DNA of 64,000 nt from a virus, in the IMG/VR virus record IMGVR_UViG_3300009104_000012, positions 9,884 to 73,883 of that record. One strand, given 5' to 3'. Shown here piece by piece: positions 29,452 through 40,014 of the stretch (position 1 is the stretch's first letter; every line of letters starts with the position of its first letter). Both the position numbers and the translations under genes were made by a program. Below the pieces are notes generated by a model. The model saw nothing but the letters and a program-made list of their open reading frames with translations. It had not been told where the DNA came from and ran no database searches.

Positions 29452-30720
29452 TTATCGGGAATAATTTATCTTCGGCTCTGTATCTACTTTAGCAGGTTTT
29501 CTACCAGTCAAAGTTTTGGTAACATCTTCGCCTACAATAGGTGGTAATGCAACAACAACTGGTCCATCACTATCTTTTTTTGCTTTTTGGAGTACCGTCT
29601 TCGCTTTAGCTACATCTTTCTTTGCAACATATAATTTTCTAAATCTAAATTCTCCATCTATACCTGCGTCTTTTAAATGATGTAATATATTGCCTTCATA
29701 ACCTTCATTTACTTTTTCGTTTAGTTCATTAATTTGGTGTTCTAATGATTCCTTTTTCATCTTATCTTTAAGATGTTTATAAGCAACACCAATAGTTAAA
29801 GGCACTTCTCCTGTTTCTTTATTCGGTTGTGGTTTAACTACCTTATTTTTTTCGTTTTCTATTTTAGTTTTAAGAACATTAACTTGTCCTTGTAAAGTTA
29901 AGATTTGTTTTTTTAATGCTTCGGGGTCCTCTTGTTTACCTGAATCTGAACCGTCCATCTTATCTCTTTTTAATCTAATCTTTGCAATCTTAACACCAGG
30001 TTTATTATCTTTTTTAATTGCTGGAACATCTGCTGTAGAAGCTTTTTCTTTTTCATCAGCCTCTTTCATAGAAGGATCATAATGTCCAACTTTGACACCA
30101 AAACGTTTTTTCTTTGCTCTTTTCCAAATACTACCTTTTCTTGAAGCTGTATTTGCACCGTCTCTTTCCTCTATGTCTTGACCTTTAGGTTCGTGTTCTG
30201 CTTTTTTGAATTTTTTATCGCCGTGTTTACCACCAGAAGCTTTTCGAGCACCCCATATTTCGTCTATTGATTCTGGTATTATTTTAATAGCTTTCATTTT
30301 AGAAAGGTTACCTGTCTTATACCAATCAATCCATTTTTGGGCTTCTTTTTCTGTCTTATAACTACCGTGTACAAATTTACCACCATCTGTTTTAGTAACC
30401 TGTACGGTAAATTTTTCAGTTCTTAATTTTTTAAGGTCTGAACCATCAATCTTATTGTTCTTATTTAAATCAATCTTCTTTTGTTTTGGAGTTAATTCTT
30501 CTTTGATACCTTTTTTAATCTTAGCGGGGTCTGATTTTTTACCTGCTGGTACCTTTTGAATCTTTCCGCCTTTAGCAAGAAAGTCTTTCATCTGTTTGTC
30601 AAATGCTTTTTGTTGGTCTGGTGTTCTAGCTTCTAATTTAGTATAGATTGGTTGGTTTTTAGCTGCTATAGCTGTAGCCATTTCTTCTACACTACCTGCT
30701 TTACTTTTTAAATAACTCAT
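29452..30720 (-). CDS. Lys/Glu-rich putative internal head polyprotein
   Basis: Modules separated by (L/I/V)xE sites; EF-hand-like IDLNKNNKIDGSDL. Confidence 0.55.
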   Translation of the reverse strand: MSYLKSKAGSVEEMATAIAAKNQPIYTKLEARTPDQQKAFDKQMKDFLAKGGKIQKVPAGKKSDPAKIKKGIKEELTPKQKKIDLNKNNKIDGSDLKKLRTEKFTVQVTKTDGGKFVHGSYKTEKEAQKWIDWYKTGNLSKMKAIKIIPESIDEIWGARKASGGKHGDKKFKKAEHEPKGQDIEERDGANTASRKGSIWKRAKKKRFGVKVGHYDPSMKEADEKEKASTADVPAIKKDNKPGVKIAKIRLKRDKMDGSDSGKQEDPEALKKQILTLQGQVNVLKTKIENEKNKVVKPQPNKETGEVPLTIGVAYKHLKDKMKKESLEHQINELNEKVNEGYEGNILHHLKDAGIDGEFRFRKLYVAKKDVAKAKTVLQKAKKDSDGPVVVALPPIVGEDVTKTLTGRKPAKVDTEPKINYSR

Positions 30721-32342
30721 TTTTTTGCCTTATCTCCCCGTTTATGCTGTAGCCATAATCTCTCAAATGTTTTACTAGCATTTTCGTTCTTATATTTATC
30801 CTTTTTAACTGGTGTACCATCTTTGTCTTTGTAATGTGGTTTATGACCTTTATTTTTCATAGACCAAGCAAGAGCATATGGATTATCAATCTTTGGATTA
30901 TCTTTCATAGCTCTAACAGAACCTTCCCAACCTGGAGGAGAAACTTCCTTAATTACTTCTTCTTTTTTCATATTATAATCTGCGTCACCATCATCTATAA
31001 TTTTATATCTTAAATCTTTTGCCATTGCCTTAACTTGTTTGTCAGAATCTTGTCCTCTATTACCTGCTGTAATTTTTAAAGTACCAATCTTTGAACCTGT
31101 TTTGATAACAAACATTCTTTGATTGTTTCCTTTAAGAGTAAAAAATCTGTCTCTTCCTCCAGCAGTTTCACCACTAAATGTTCCATATTTTTTAAGTGTA
31201 TTCATATCTACAGGTGGATTAAAATTAATATCTGTACTTTCTGTTAGTTTTTGTTCAACTGGTGATGTATTTCTACCCATTTTATCAATCTTAAAACCTT
31301 TAGCTCTTAATTTCTGTGCCTTGTTTTGAATATCTTGTAATGAAGAACCGTCTTCAAAGCCTGCGTGTTTGCCATACTTATCACTATAAGATAATCTGAA
31401 AGGTGCTTTAGCTTCTCTTAATGTAAATTCTTCTTTAGCAAGTTTTGATAACACATTTATATTTGCCTGACTTATTGCAATCTTTGTAGGTTCATCATAA
31501 CCTTTAATCATTTTTCTAATCGCTGGCGTTACGTCACTTGGTTTTTTAGTTGACCATAATTTTTTAATATTGGCAATCTGAACATCATTTAATTTACTTC
31601 TTAAATAATCATCACCAATATCCTCTTGTACTTGGTCTCTTGTCTCTTCTGTTTCTACACCTGCAATAAAGAAAGCTGAGTGTTCACCATAACTTTCGGT
31701 AACTGGCATTTTCTTTTGTATCATACGTGATAAAGCAAGACCAGATATGAAAGGTATCTTTTTCTTTCTTAATCTGTTCAAAGCACTATCAGGTATTCTA
31801 TCAAAGATTTTTCTTAATTTGTTTGCGTTAGGTAATGAAATAGTTTTACCTTTCATATCAGCATATGATTTTGCCAATGCGTCTAGTTGAGCGTCTGTAA
31901 ATTCCATTATGTCTTGTTCAAAGGCTTCAATTAAAGAATTTTCTAATTCAGTTTCTTCATTAGCTCTCTTCAATGCATTAGCAACACTTGGATGTTTTGC
32001 TAAACCTTTTGCAATCTTTTCAATAGCTGCATAAGCACCTGAATAATTACCGCCTTTGTATCTAGGGTCATTTAATATACCAAATGCCATCTTGATTTGT
32101 TTATCAGTATATTCTACTATAGTTCCTTCACCTAGTATATCTTTAACCGTTGATACTGATAATTTTAATTTCTTTGCTATCTCAGCAGCACTAGCACCAT
32201 CATCACGCATTGTTGCTATGTCTTTCATTCTGCCTTCTTCAACAGCAGCTGCTTCTTTTAGAGCTAGACCTAAATTGCCTAAACCTTTTTCGTTTCTTTT
32301 AGCTACTTGCGCTAAAGCGTCTGACATTCTTAATAAAGCCAT
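30717..32342 (-). CDS. Putative internal head polyprotein
   Basis: Repeated xxE sites; internal HTH (GASAAEIAKKLKLSVSTVKDIL); EVSPPGWEG..DNPYALAWSM module. Confidence 0.55.
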   Translation of the reverse strand: MALLRMSDALAQVAKRNEKGLGNLGLALKEAAAVEEGRMKDIATMRDDGASAAEIAKKLKLSVSTVKDILGEGTIVEYTDKQIKMAFGILNDPRYKGGNYSGAYAAIEKIAKGLAKHPSVANALKRANEETELENSLIEAFEQDIMEFTDAQLDALAKSYADMKGKTISLPNANKLRKIFDRIPDSALNRLRKKKIPFISGLALSRMIQKKMPVTESYGEHSAFFIAGVETEETRDQVQEDIGDDYLRSKLNDVQIANIKKLWSTKKPSDVTPAIRKMIKGYDEPTKIAISQANINVLSKLAKEEFTLREAKAPFRLSYSDKYGKHAGFEDGSSLQDIQNKAQKLRAKGFKIDKMGRNTSPVEQKLTESTDINFNPPVDMNTLKKYGTFSGETAGGRDRFFTLKGNNQRMFVIKTGSKIGTLKITAGNRGQDSDKQVKAMAKDLRYKIIDDGDADYNMKKEEVIKEVSPPGWEGSVRAMKDNPKIDNPYALAWSMKNKGHKPHYKDKDGTPVKKDKYKNENASKTFERLWLQHKRGDKAKK

Positions 32343-32740
32343 TAGCCAAATATCCTTCCGATTCTTTGTCTGTATAAGTGTCCACCGTGAGTATCATAAT
32401 TACGTTTTAAATTAGTCATATAAGTTCTGTCTAATACATTACCTCTAGGACCTTTAGCTGGCGCATTAAAACTGGCTGGTTTTAAAACATCTCCAGTATT
32501 CTTATCTATAAAACAATTGATACTTCGTCTGCTACCTTTTTCCACATTATAAATTTTAATGTATTTCGGGCCTACTGATTTATCTAAATCGTTTTTTTGA
32601 CGTGCGTATAAGTCTTTAAAAGTAGGGTGATTTTTATATTTCTCCCTACCTATTTTCATATACTCTTCTGCGCCTTTGATAACTGCAGCTTGATTAACCT
32701 GCTCATTAACAAGTTCTCTAATTTGTTTATATGTTTTCAT
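32342..32740 (-). CDS. Conserved phage hypothetical protein
   Basis: GPKYIKI...CFIDKNTGDVLKPASFNAPAKGPRGNV; CTS-like MKTYKQ start. Confidence 0.65.
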   Translation of the reverse strand: MKTYKQIRELVNEQVNQAAVIKGAEEYMKIGREKYKNHPTFKDLYARQKNDLDKSVGPKYIKIYNVEKGSRRSINCFIDKNTGDVLKPASFNAPAKGPRGNVLDRTYMTNLKRNYDTHGGHLYRQRIGRIFG

Positions 32741-34893
32741 TATTTTACAAATTCTTTGAAGCTCTTAAATCTCTCATCATCTTCAGCTAAATCTTCGTGC
32801 ATACGCATTGTTGCGTCCTCCAATTTAACTTTCCATTCTTCGCCGTATCTTTTCTTATATTTATCTATTGTAGACTCTGAAGCAGACCAATCATCAATAT
32901 CCTCTTTGGTTATTTCTTTTTTAGCCTCTGGAGCCTGTTCAGCTCTCTTCTTGGTATCTACAGGTTTTTCACTTGGTGTCTCACCTGGTGTAATCTCTTT
33001 AGTATGGTTGGCATAATCAGCACCAATTTCATACGCTTCATCTTGTTCTTCTGAACCAACCAAATCTTTTTTAAATTGGTCTAAAGATTTTTTATCTTCG
33101 TTCATTTCTTTATCCTTTATCTTGTCTGATACCGCTTCAAAACCATAATCTACATTAAGGTTATATTCTCTCAATATTGCTTCTTTATCAGCAGCTACTG
33201 GCATACAATCCCAAATCCAACATTTGTGTAAGTTTTCATTGGTGTCTTCTATCAGTACATAATTTGTACCTCTTCTCTTGACTATGCCTTGTAAATTTTC
33301 TGTTATACTTTTAACGGTATCGTTTATGTTAAATAATTGTTCTCTTATGTAAAGGTCTCTAACTTGTTTTGCTTCAAACTGACTTCTTAAATTTACCATT
33401 GGTTTGACACCTTTTTTACCTGTAACGTGTATCATACCACCAGCTGTGTCAGCAGCCAAGTTCATACCTTTTCTGACCGATTTAAATAGTAATTCACCAC
33501 TTCCAAATCCACGAGGTAAACCTCTTTTGAAGGTAGCAAAATCGTTTTGAGCAGCAGCACTTCTCATCTTGCTTGCACTCATACCCATTGCCCCCTCAGC
33601 GTCTGGATCTCTTTCACCAGCTGACACTACGTTAATATTCTTAAAATTATAATATCCGTGTCTGCTTTGTACATCATTATATTTTTTTAAAATGGTATCA
33701 AACTCTCTTACTCGGTCACTACCAACCACCATTGTTATATCGGCGTAATTTTGTTTGTATAGTTTTGTTGCTATATCCAAAATCATATTGGTAGTATTAA
33801 TCTCTATGTCTCTAGCATATCTAGGAAACATCTTTTTCATATAGCTTAATTTCTCACTAGGACTTAATGGGTTCTTTTTATTATCTTCTGACCTACTAAT
33901 ATAAATTTTATGTGTGTCAGCTCTAATCCCTTTAACTTTATTAATAAGCTTTTCGTGTCCTATTGTCGGAGGGTTAAATCTACCAAAAGTAAACGCCATA
34001 TGCTTTTCAGTAATAACTTCTTCCTTGATTTTACCTAATGATTTAATCTCATCATCTGTTACCTTACCATCATCTAATATCTCTTTAAGTTTCTTATAAA
34101 GTTTTTGATAATGATATTTTTCTAGGTATTTGTAAATAACATTTTTAGGAAGTTTGTGTTTCTTACCAAATTTTCTTATTTCTTCTGGTGACATATCATT
34201 ACCGAAGGCAGCTTGTCTGTCTTCTAACGATTTATCTCCTATTTTTACTAATATTTTAATACTCTCTTCAATCTCTTCTAACTTTTCATTTATTAATTCT
34301 TGCAAGTCTGCAACATCACTTGGTTTCAAACCTGTAAGTTCTTGATAGTCAATCAGGTCTCTTTGTAATTCTCCTGTAACCACATCAATTTCTTGTACCT
34401 TTTTTTGGAATTCTTTTTCGTATTGTGTTTTATCAAACTCATCACCTGTTGGTTTTCTTATCCAATCATTTGCTTTAATGTCAAATATACCATCAGCCAT
34501 ATTATCATTTTTCTTTTTTAATTCTGGATCGGTAATAACATAATAGTTAATTGGATGTTTTGTACCTGGTACCAATTTGCCATTTATATTCTTTAAAGTT
34601 TTGGCAATTCTTAATCTTACTTCGTCTCTCTTTGCCTTTGGTACACCAAATAATACATTGATATCCAAATCAGCGTCATCACGGTATCTCTTTGTAAGAA
34701 TAGAACCAATTAAACTATGCTTAATTACAGGTGCCTCATCATTGAATTTTTTAAGCTGATCATTAATCATATCCAAAACTACCTTTTTAAGTTTTGGATT
34801 TGGAGTATCAGCTTTATCAAATACACCTTGCGAGTATGTTTTTCTAGGTATATCAATAATTGATTCTTCTAAATGTTTTTTAAATTGTTTCAT
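32740..34893 (-). CDS. Fusion of Pol-beta-like nucleotidyltransferase and cytidylyltransferase (HUP) domains
   Basis: LIGSI...DADLDINV (NTase); AFTFGRFNPPTIGH, VVGSDR, MSASKMR (cytidylyltransferase). Confidence 0.8.
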   Translation of the reverse strand: MKQFKKHLEESIIDIPRKTYSQGVFDKADTPNPKLKKVVLDMINDQLKKFNDEAPVIKHSLIGSILTKRYRDDADLDINVLFGVPKAKRDEVRLRIAKTLKNINGKLVPGTKHPINYYVITDPELKKKNDNMADGIFDIKANDWIRKPTGDEFDKTQYEKEFQKKVQEIDVVTGELQRDLIDYQELTGLKPSDVADLQELINEKLEEIEESIKILVKIGDKSLEDRQAAFGNDMSPEEIRKFGKKHKLPKNVIYKYLEKYHYQKLYKKLKEILDDGKVTDDEIKSLGKIKEEVITEKHMAFTFGRFNPPTIGHEKLINKVKGIRADTHKIYISRSEDNKKNPLSPSEKLSYMKKMFPRYARDIEINTTNMILDIATKLYKQNYADITMVVGSDRVREFDTILKKYNDVQSRHGYYNFKNINVVSAGERDPDAEGAMGMSASKMRSAAAQNDFATFKRGLPRGFGSGELLFKSVRKGMNLAADTAGGMIHVTGKKGVKPMVNLRSQFEAKQVRDLYIREQLFNINDTVKSITENLQGIVKRRGTNYVLIEDTNENLHKCWIWDCMPVAADKEAILREYNLNVDYGFEAVSDKIKDKEMNEDKKSLDQFKKDLVGSEEQDEAYEIGADYANHTKEITPGETPSEKPVDTKKRAEQAPEAKKEITKEDIDDWSASESTIDKYKKRYGEEWKVKLEDATMRMHEDLAEDDERFKSFKEFVK

Positions 34894-35570
34894 CTTTTTC
34901 TACTTGCCATTTCTCTTGCTATCCATCTTTTTGCAATATGACTTTGTATAGGTGCTTTCATTTTCTGTCTCACTATTTTGGATGCTTTACTCATTGTTAA
35001 AGTTACCAATTCAGATTCAGATTTATTATTATCTACAATAATAAAATTTGACATACCAAATAATCTTTGAAATTTACCCATATTACTTTGTACCGTTTCC
35101 CAAGATTTTACTAAATAAAATTCTGGTACTTGTCTGCTTCTAGTTTTGTTTCTTTCTTTTGCCACATCTAAACTTGTATTAACAAATATCATATAACAAT
35201 CATAACCTAATTGTTTTAATAAAGATACTTGAAGGTGTATAATACTATAATCTCTACCCGTTGCGTCAACTACCATACCTAATCTACCTTGTACATAGGA
35301 ATCTATTTGTCTTTTTGTTAATGCTTTAGCTCTACCTCGAATCATATCTCTAAAATATTGTTCACTATCTGGCATAGATAAAGATAAATTAACTTGTTTT
35401 AACATTCTTTCAAAATGTACATCTGAATTTACTAACTTCATTCCTAAACCAGCAGTAACCGAATTGGTTACAAAAGTTTTACCTGAACCAGGTCCACCTG
35501 CCAGAAAAAAAGCTTTAAATATTCCTGGATCGTAAACACCTTCTGTTAATATCTGACTATAACTTTTCAT
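34890..35570 (-). CDS. Zeta-toxin-like P-loop kinase
   Basis: AGGPGSGKT, VNSD, VVDAT, FVNTSLDVAKERN..R. Confidence 0.75.
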   Translation of the reverse strand: MKSYSQILTEGVYDPGIFKAFFLAGGPGSGKTFVTNSVTAGLGMKLVNSDVHFERMLKQVNLSLSMPDSEQYFRDMIRGRAKALTKRQIDSYVQGRLGMVVDATGRDYSIIHLQVSLLKQLGYDCYMIFVNTSLDVAKERNKTRSRQVPEFYLVKSWETVQSNMGKFQRLFGMSNFIIVDNNKSESELVTLTMSKASKIVRQKMKAPIQSHIAKRWIAREMASRKR

Positions 35571-36800
35571 TTACCATCCTTTAGGCAATGTAAAATTTGC
35601 CCTACTAAAATCTAATCTATCTACCAACTTAACAGCACCTGCAACTCTATCAACTGCAACATATCCTTCAGGAGAGGTTACTCTATAACCATCTTTTGTT
35701 CTTATAAAATGTCCAATACTGGATATCTGTGCCAATTTTTGTATCAATGTGTTCTTACAATTTGCTAAACTTATATGACTTGCTATTGCAAAATACAATG
35801 ATGACTTATTCCTATCTATAAATTTTAAACCATCTGCTTTTGCTTTAATATATTGTGATTTACCTTTATCAGTTTTTCTTGAGTCTATTTCTTGTTGCAA
35901 CATATTTTCATAGTAATCTCTAAACATTTCTTGCATTTGTTTTACTTTACCCATATCACCTTTTGTATTTTTAATATAATAATTAAAGAAACTTTTTAAT
36001 CTAAAACCTACTGATAAAGGTTTACTTGAATTCTTTTCCATTTCATTTAATATTGCTGTGGCTTTATATAAAGAACCTTCTGCCATTCTTATTTGTGCGT
36101 CAAATCTATTTAAATCTCCTTTACTAAATGTTGAGGTACCAGATGTATCTTTATAAGCAGCGTCAGCTAAAAATATAGAAGATGTACTTGACCTGCCTGA
36201 TATGGTTCCATAACCAGCAGATAATCTATTCATACTTTTACCACTATAAGATGTATGAAAAACTATTCCTATTTTTGCTCTTCTTATTCGTCTGCCAAGG
36301 TCCGAACCAGCTGGTACTGCATATGTAATTGTATTAGGTGTAAAAGTTATCATACTTTCACCATTAATTTTGTCTCCTGATAAATCACCTTTAGTAAATA
36401 ATAAATCACCTTGTAAGATACCTTTGATACCTAACTTTGGTAATTCTCTTAAACATACTTGTAATTTATTAACCAGGGGGCCATTATGGTTTCTACGGAT
36501 ATCTCCTGTAGAATAATTGATTTTTGGATTTACATTGAAGACTGATTTGGTACCGACAAAGAATTTGCCGTTTTCTGGATTGATTCCACATATTACAGCA
36601 GGCGCACCGTCCCACTTAACAGACATATTAAGTTTTCCACCTGTATTACCTGCTAGCATATCTCTTACTGCTTTTAAGAAATTTACAGCATTATCACCGC
36701 CTTTGGAACCTCTATTGATTATGTCATCTTCTAGGTGTTCTAGGTGGGTGTTCGTAGTTTTTGTGAAAAACCCTTTGAAACTAAAAAATTCGTTTAACAT
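35571..36800 (-). CDS. Conserved T4-like protein (DUF6267-like, ligase-type fold)
   Basis: NTHLEHLED, SVKWDGAPA, QGDLLF, FTPNTITY, PEGYV, KLVDRLDFSRANF. Confidence 0.7.
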   Translation of the reverse strand: MLNEFFSFKGFFTKTTNTHLEHLEDDIINRGSKGGDNAVNFLKAVRDMLAGNTGGKLNMSVKWDGAPAVICGINPENGKFFVGTKSVFNVNPKINYSTGDIRRNHNGPLVNKLQVCLRELPKLGIKGILQGDLLFTKGDLSGDKINGESMITFTPNTITYAVPAGSDLGRRIRRAKIGIVFHTSYSGKSMNRLSAGYGTISGRSSTSSIFLADAAYKDTSGTSTFSKGDLNRFDAQIRMAEGSLYKATAILNEMEKNSSKPLSVGFRLKSFFNYYIKNTKGDMGKVKQMQEMFRDYYENMLQQEIDSRKTDKGKSQYIKAKADGLKFIDRNKSSLYFAIASHISLANCKNTLIQKLAQISSIGHFIRTKDGYRVTSPEGYVAVDRVAGAVKLVDRLDFSRANFTLPKGW

Positions 36801-36850
36801 TTTTCCTCATTTTATCCATTAATATAATATCACTTATTCCATTAACCACT

Positions 36851-36866
36851 CATACTACTATTTATA
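36851..36866. repeat. 16-bp direct repeat copy 1, containing late promoter
   Basis: CATACTACTATTTATA, identical to 38010-38025. Confidence 0.8.
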
Positions 36867-38012
36867 CTAAAATATTTTTATAAAAGGGCCATTCAAATTA
36901 CTAAATTCTTTTTTTGCTCCATAGTATAAAGTTTCCAACCATTCTTCAAATTTTCTTTTTCGGTCTATTTTCATATATAAATCAATAGTTCTTAAAGCGT
37001 GTAGTTTTGAGTATATTCTACCTAGTGTATTTCTATCTTTTTCAAAGTTTCTTAAACCTCTTTTTAAGTTTTGTTCAAAACTAGATTTTGCTGTGCCATA
37101 TGTTAAAGGAGCGTCCCAATTAACTTTTTGTCCTGCAATAGTTTTATTTTTTATTCTATCATAAAAATTTGCCCAAAAATCTATTTGTTGATTAGTAAAT
37201 TTACCTGATATTGTTATCATATTATCTTTTACTACCGAAGGAGGCATTTCAAGATTTAATTTAGATAGAAAAGGTCTTAAAGCTGCTACGGAAGATTTAC
37301 CTAATTTTGCACCACCACTTTTTGGTGTTATGTCAGTTTGAGGACCAGTTGTTGGTTGAGAGTATCTAAAACTTCTAACTTGTAAAGCATATTCTTTATC
37401 GCCTGCAAAAAATCTTAATGAAAATTCTCCTGTATCAAATAGAGGTGGTTTCTCCATATCTAAATCACAATACAAACTATTTGCTTTTAATTTAAATTTT
37501 AATTCTTTTTTATTACCTAAATTTGCCTCTTCTACTCTTGCTACTTTATCAGTTTTATTTAAACCTTTTAGTGAAATAGGTATCATTGATTTATTAAGTA
37601 ATCTTTTTTGCATAAGTTTATTTAATTTTTCCAACTTTGCGTCATTATCTTCACCACCAGATAACATTTTTTTAATTTCTTTTTCTACTTTTAACTCTTC
37701 ACCTTTTTTAACCATCACAATATCCATAGGATTCCATTTATCTTTAGTAGAAACTCCCATATCCCTAGCCGCTTTTTCTAAAAAAGGCATAATACCATTA
37801 TCTCTACTATAAAGATAACCTTTGTGATTACCCAAATATTGTTTTAATGCTTTTGCTTGTAATTGAAAATAGTAATACCATAACGCTGGCATATTTGGAT
37901 ATGCTTTTTTCTCCACGAATGCTATCGTTGGTTCTTTACCTTTTTCTATTAATTGCTCGAAGAAAACTCTTGAACCGTTTTCTTGCATTTTTGTATCTTT
38001 TGCTGAAGCCAT
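36867..38012 (-). CDS. Putative PD-(D/E)XK-type endonuclease
   Basis: QE...DKWNPMDIVMV...PISLK pattern. Confidence 0.6.
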   Translation of the reverse strand: MASAKDTKMQENGSRVFFEQLIEKGKEPTIAFVEKKAYPNMPALWYYYFQLQAKALKQYLGNHKGYLYSRDNGIMPFLEKAARDMGVSTKDKWNPMDIVMVKKGEELKVEKEIKKMLSGGEDNDAKLEKLNKLMQKRLLNKSMIPISLKGLNKTDKVARVEEANLGNKKELKFKLKANSLYCDLDMEKPPLFDTGEFSLRFFAGDKEYALQVRSFRYSQPTTGPQTDITPKSGGAKLGKSSVAALRPFLSKLNLEMPPSVVKDNMITISGKFTNQQIDFWANFYDRIKNKTIAGQKVNWDAPLTYGTAKSSFEQNLKRGLRNFEKDRNTLGRIYSKLHALRTIDLYMKIDRKRKFEEWLETLYYGAKKEFSNLNGPFIKIF

Positions 38013-38048
38013 ACTACTATTTATATACTAGTAGTTATCGTTAGTCAA
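38010..38048 (-). promoter_or_regulatory. Overlapping sigma70 and late promoter; 16-bp direct repeat copy 2
   Basis: TTGACT-N17-TATAAA overlapping TATAAATA, followed 5 nt later by ATG. Confidence 0.65.
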
Positions 38049-38052
38049 GCCA

Positions 38053-38328
38053 TTATCTTACGGTATTAATACAAAGGAATTTTGGTATGCCACCATTAAC
38101 TTGCCAGACCTTATTCTTATTCTGGAATTTGACTAATGCTGAAGCATCCTTTTCAAAGAAATATACGGCGACTACCTGTTTGGTAGGGTATTCAATAACT
38201 TTCCATAAAATATCTTTATTCTTTTTAAACATACGCTTACGGTAAGTTAATGGTGTATTTCCATTTCTATTACCTGGTCGTCTGTCGCCTCTATGGAACC
38301 TTGTTTTATTTTTATATCTTTTTCTCAT
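38053..38328 (-). CDS. Basic hypothetical protein
   Basis: ORF coupled to helicase stop. Confidence 0.6.
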   Translation of the reverse strand: MRKRYKNKTRFHRGDRRPGNRNGNTPLTYRKRMFKKNKDILWKVIEYPTKQVVAVYFFEKDASALVKFQNKNKVWQVNGGIPKFLCINTVR

Positions 38329-39704
38329 ACTTTAAATTCAGAAAACTTATCGTACATATCTTCTGGCTTTTCTTTCTCTTCATCCGTTTGGTTAGCGTCC
38401 ACTATATTCTGAGCTTTGTTTTCAACATCATACAATCTCATTTTAGACCTATCTACACCAACAATAAATGCCCTATTAATACTCGGGTCATTATATCTAT
38501 TCTTTAATTGTTTTATTTTCATTTGAGATAGAGCTTCTAACTCTTCATTTGAAATAAGAGCAAACATAAAGTCTGCTGTTGCTGGTAATCCAAAACTTTC
38601 GGATGTATCTTCTAAACCAATATCAGTTGACACAAAACCTGCTCTATTGGTTTGTGTTGCACTAAATATCGGCATATTAAATTCTACTGCAAGACCTCTT
38701 AACTCTTCAGCAATGGATTTAACCATTGTATAAGTGTTTATATTTGCACCTCTAAATCTTGCTGATGTACATATGTTTAAATAATCTATAAACAATACAT
38801 CTGGTTTAAAACTTTTCTTTAATGCTAATTCATTTAACAATGCCCTAAAATGTCCTGCGTGTGCAGCTGCTGTAGGGTATTCTTTAATGATTAATTTACC
38901 TGCTGTCTTCTCATTTAATTTTTTAACTTTATCATCATACAATTGTTTTGGCATAACGTGTAAATCTTCCATAGAAACATCTAATAAGTTAGCGTCTATT
39001 CTTTCAGCAATTCTTTCTTCTGCCATTTCTAAAGTAATGTATAATATATTCTTACCTTGTAATAGATAAGATGAAGCTGTATGACACATATATAAAGACT
39101 TACCAACACCTGTACCTGCTAGACAAATATTTAAAGTCTTTGGTGGTACACCACCTTTGGTAATCTTATTCATATATTCTAAATCAAAATTAAATCTCTT
39201 TTCTTTTGTATGGTAGAAATCAAATCTTGATTGAGAGTCTTCTATATAATCGTGACCAATATGAGTATCAAAAGATACTGCTAATGCGTCTGATAAAATG
39301 GAAGGTATAGCTTCGGGTGTTCTTTTAGGGTCTTTCTTATCTAATATTCTGATACCACTTAATACTGCATTGTGAACAGCACGGTCTTTACAAAACTTTT
39401 CAGTTGTATCTAACAACCATTCTTGGTCAACATCTTCTTTATTTAAAGTATTAACTAATTCTTTAACAGCTTTATAATCATCTTCTCTTACATCTTTTCT
39501 GTTATTAAATTCTATGATAATTGTTTCTTTGGTAGGAACATTTTTATATTTTAAAACAAACTTCTCTATTTCTCTAAATAAAATCTTCTCAATGTTGTTT
39601 GTAAAATACTCTTCTTTGATAAAAGGTAATGCCTTACGGACATATGGTTCATTGAAAAACAAATTTCTTAATATGGTTATTTCAATTCGCTCATTCATAT
39701 ACAA
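38325..39704 (-). CDS. T4 gp41-like replicative helicase
   Basis: LAGTGVGKS, YITLEMAEE, IDYLNI, SATQTNR, SESFGLPATAD, QLKNRY. Confidence 0.96.
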   Translation of the reverse strand: MYMNERIEITILRNLFFNEPYVRKALPFIKEEYFTNNIEKILFREIEKFVLKYKNVPTKETIIIEFNNRKDVREDDYKAVKELVNTLNKEDVDQEWLLDTTEKFCKDRAVHNAVLSGIRILDKKDPKRTPEAIPSILSDALAVSFDTHIGHDYIEDSQSRFDFYHTKEKRFNFDLEYMNKITKGGVPPKTLNICLAGTGVGKSLYMCHTASSYLLQGKNILYITLEMAEERIAERIDANLLDVSMEDLHVMPKQLYDDKVKKLNEKTAGKLIIKEYPTAAAHAGHFRALLNELALKKSFKPDVLFIDYLNICTSARFRGANINTYTMVKSIAEELRGLAVEFNMPIFSATQTNRAGFVSTDIGLEDTSESFGLPATADFMFALISNEELEALSQMKIKQLKNRYNDPSINRAFIVGVDRSKMRLYDVENKAQNIVDANQTDEEKEKPEDMYDKFSEFKV

Positions 39705-40014
39705 CCGTTCCCTCTTTCATTTGTTTATCCATAATTTCTACTAATACGTCTCCAATATAATCTATAAACTCTTGATTGTCAAGCAAATCAAAGTCATTTG
39801 GATTCCTCATAATAGTGTAATCAAATTTTAAAGGCATTTCACCTTTCTTATTTTCTTTACCTGCAAAACCGACCTTGCCATATTTGTATATAACATCTTT
39901 AAACTTTTCGCAAGTGAGCTTAATACAGGTATGGTCCTCTTTATCGTTTTGTGCGTAAACGTATTCGAGTTTATTCGGTACCGTAGGAGAATTTCTTTTT
40001 GGTATGTTCATCAA
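39691..40014 (-). CDS. gp40-like protein
   Basis: Syntenic between uvsX and gp41; VIYKYGKV...FDY...YIGDVL. Confidence 0.55.
   Translation of the reverse strand: MMNIPKRNSPTVPNKLEYVYAQNDKEDHTCIKLTCEKFKDVIYKYGKVGFAGKENKKGEMPLKFDYTIMRNPNDFDLLDNQEFIDYIGDVLVEIMDKQMKEGTVVYE

Noticed and set aside
34890-35570. Toxin-antitoxin module (zeta toxin)
   Set aside because: No epsilon-like antitoxin; conserved T4-like context with the cytidylyltransferase
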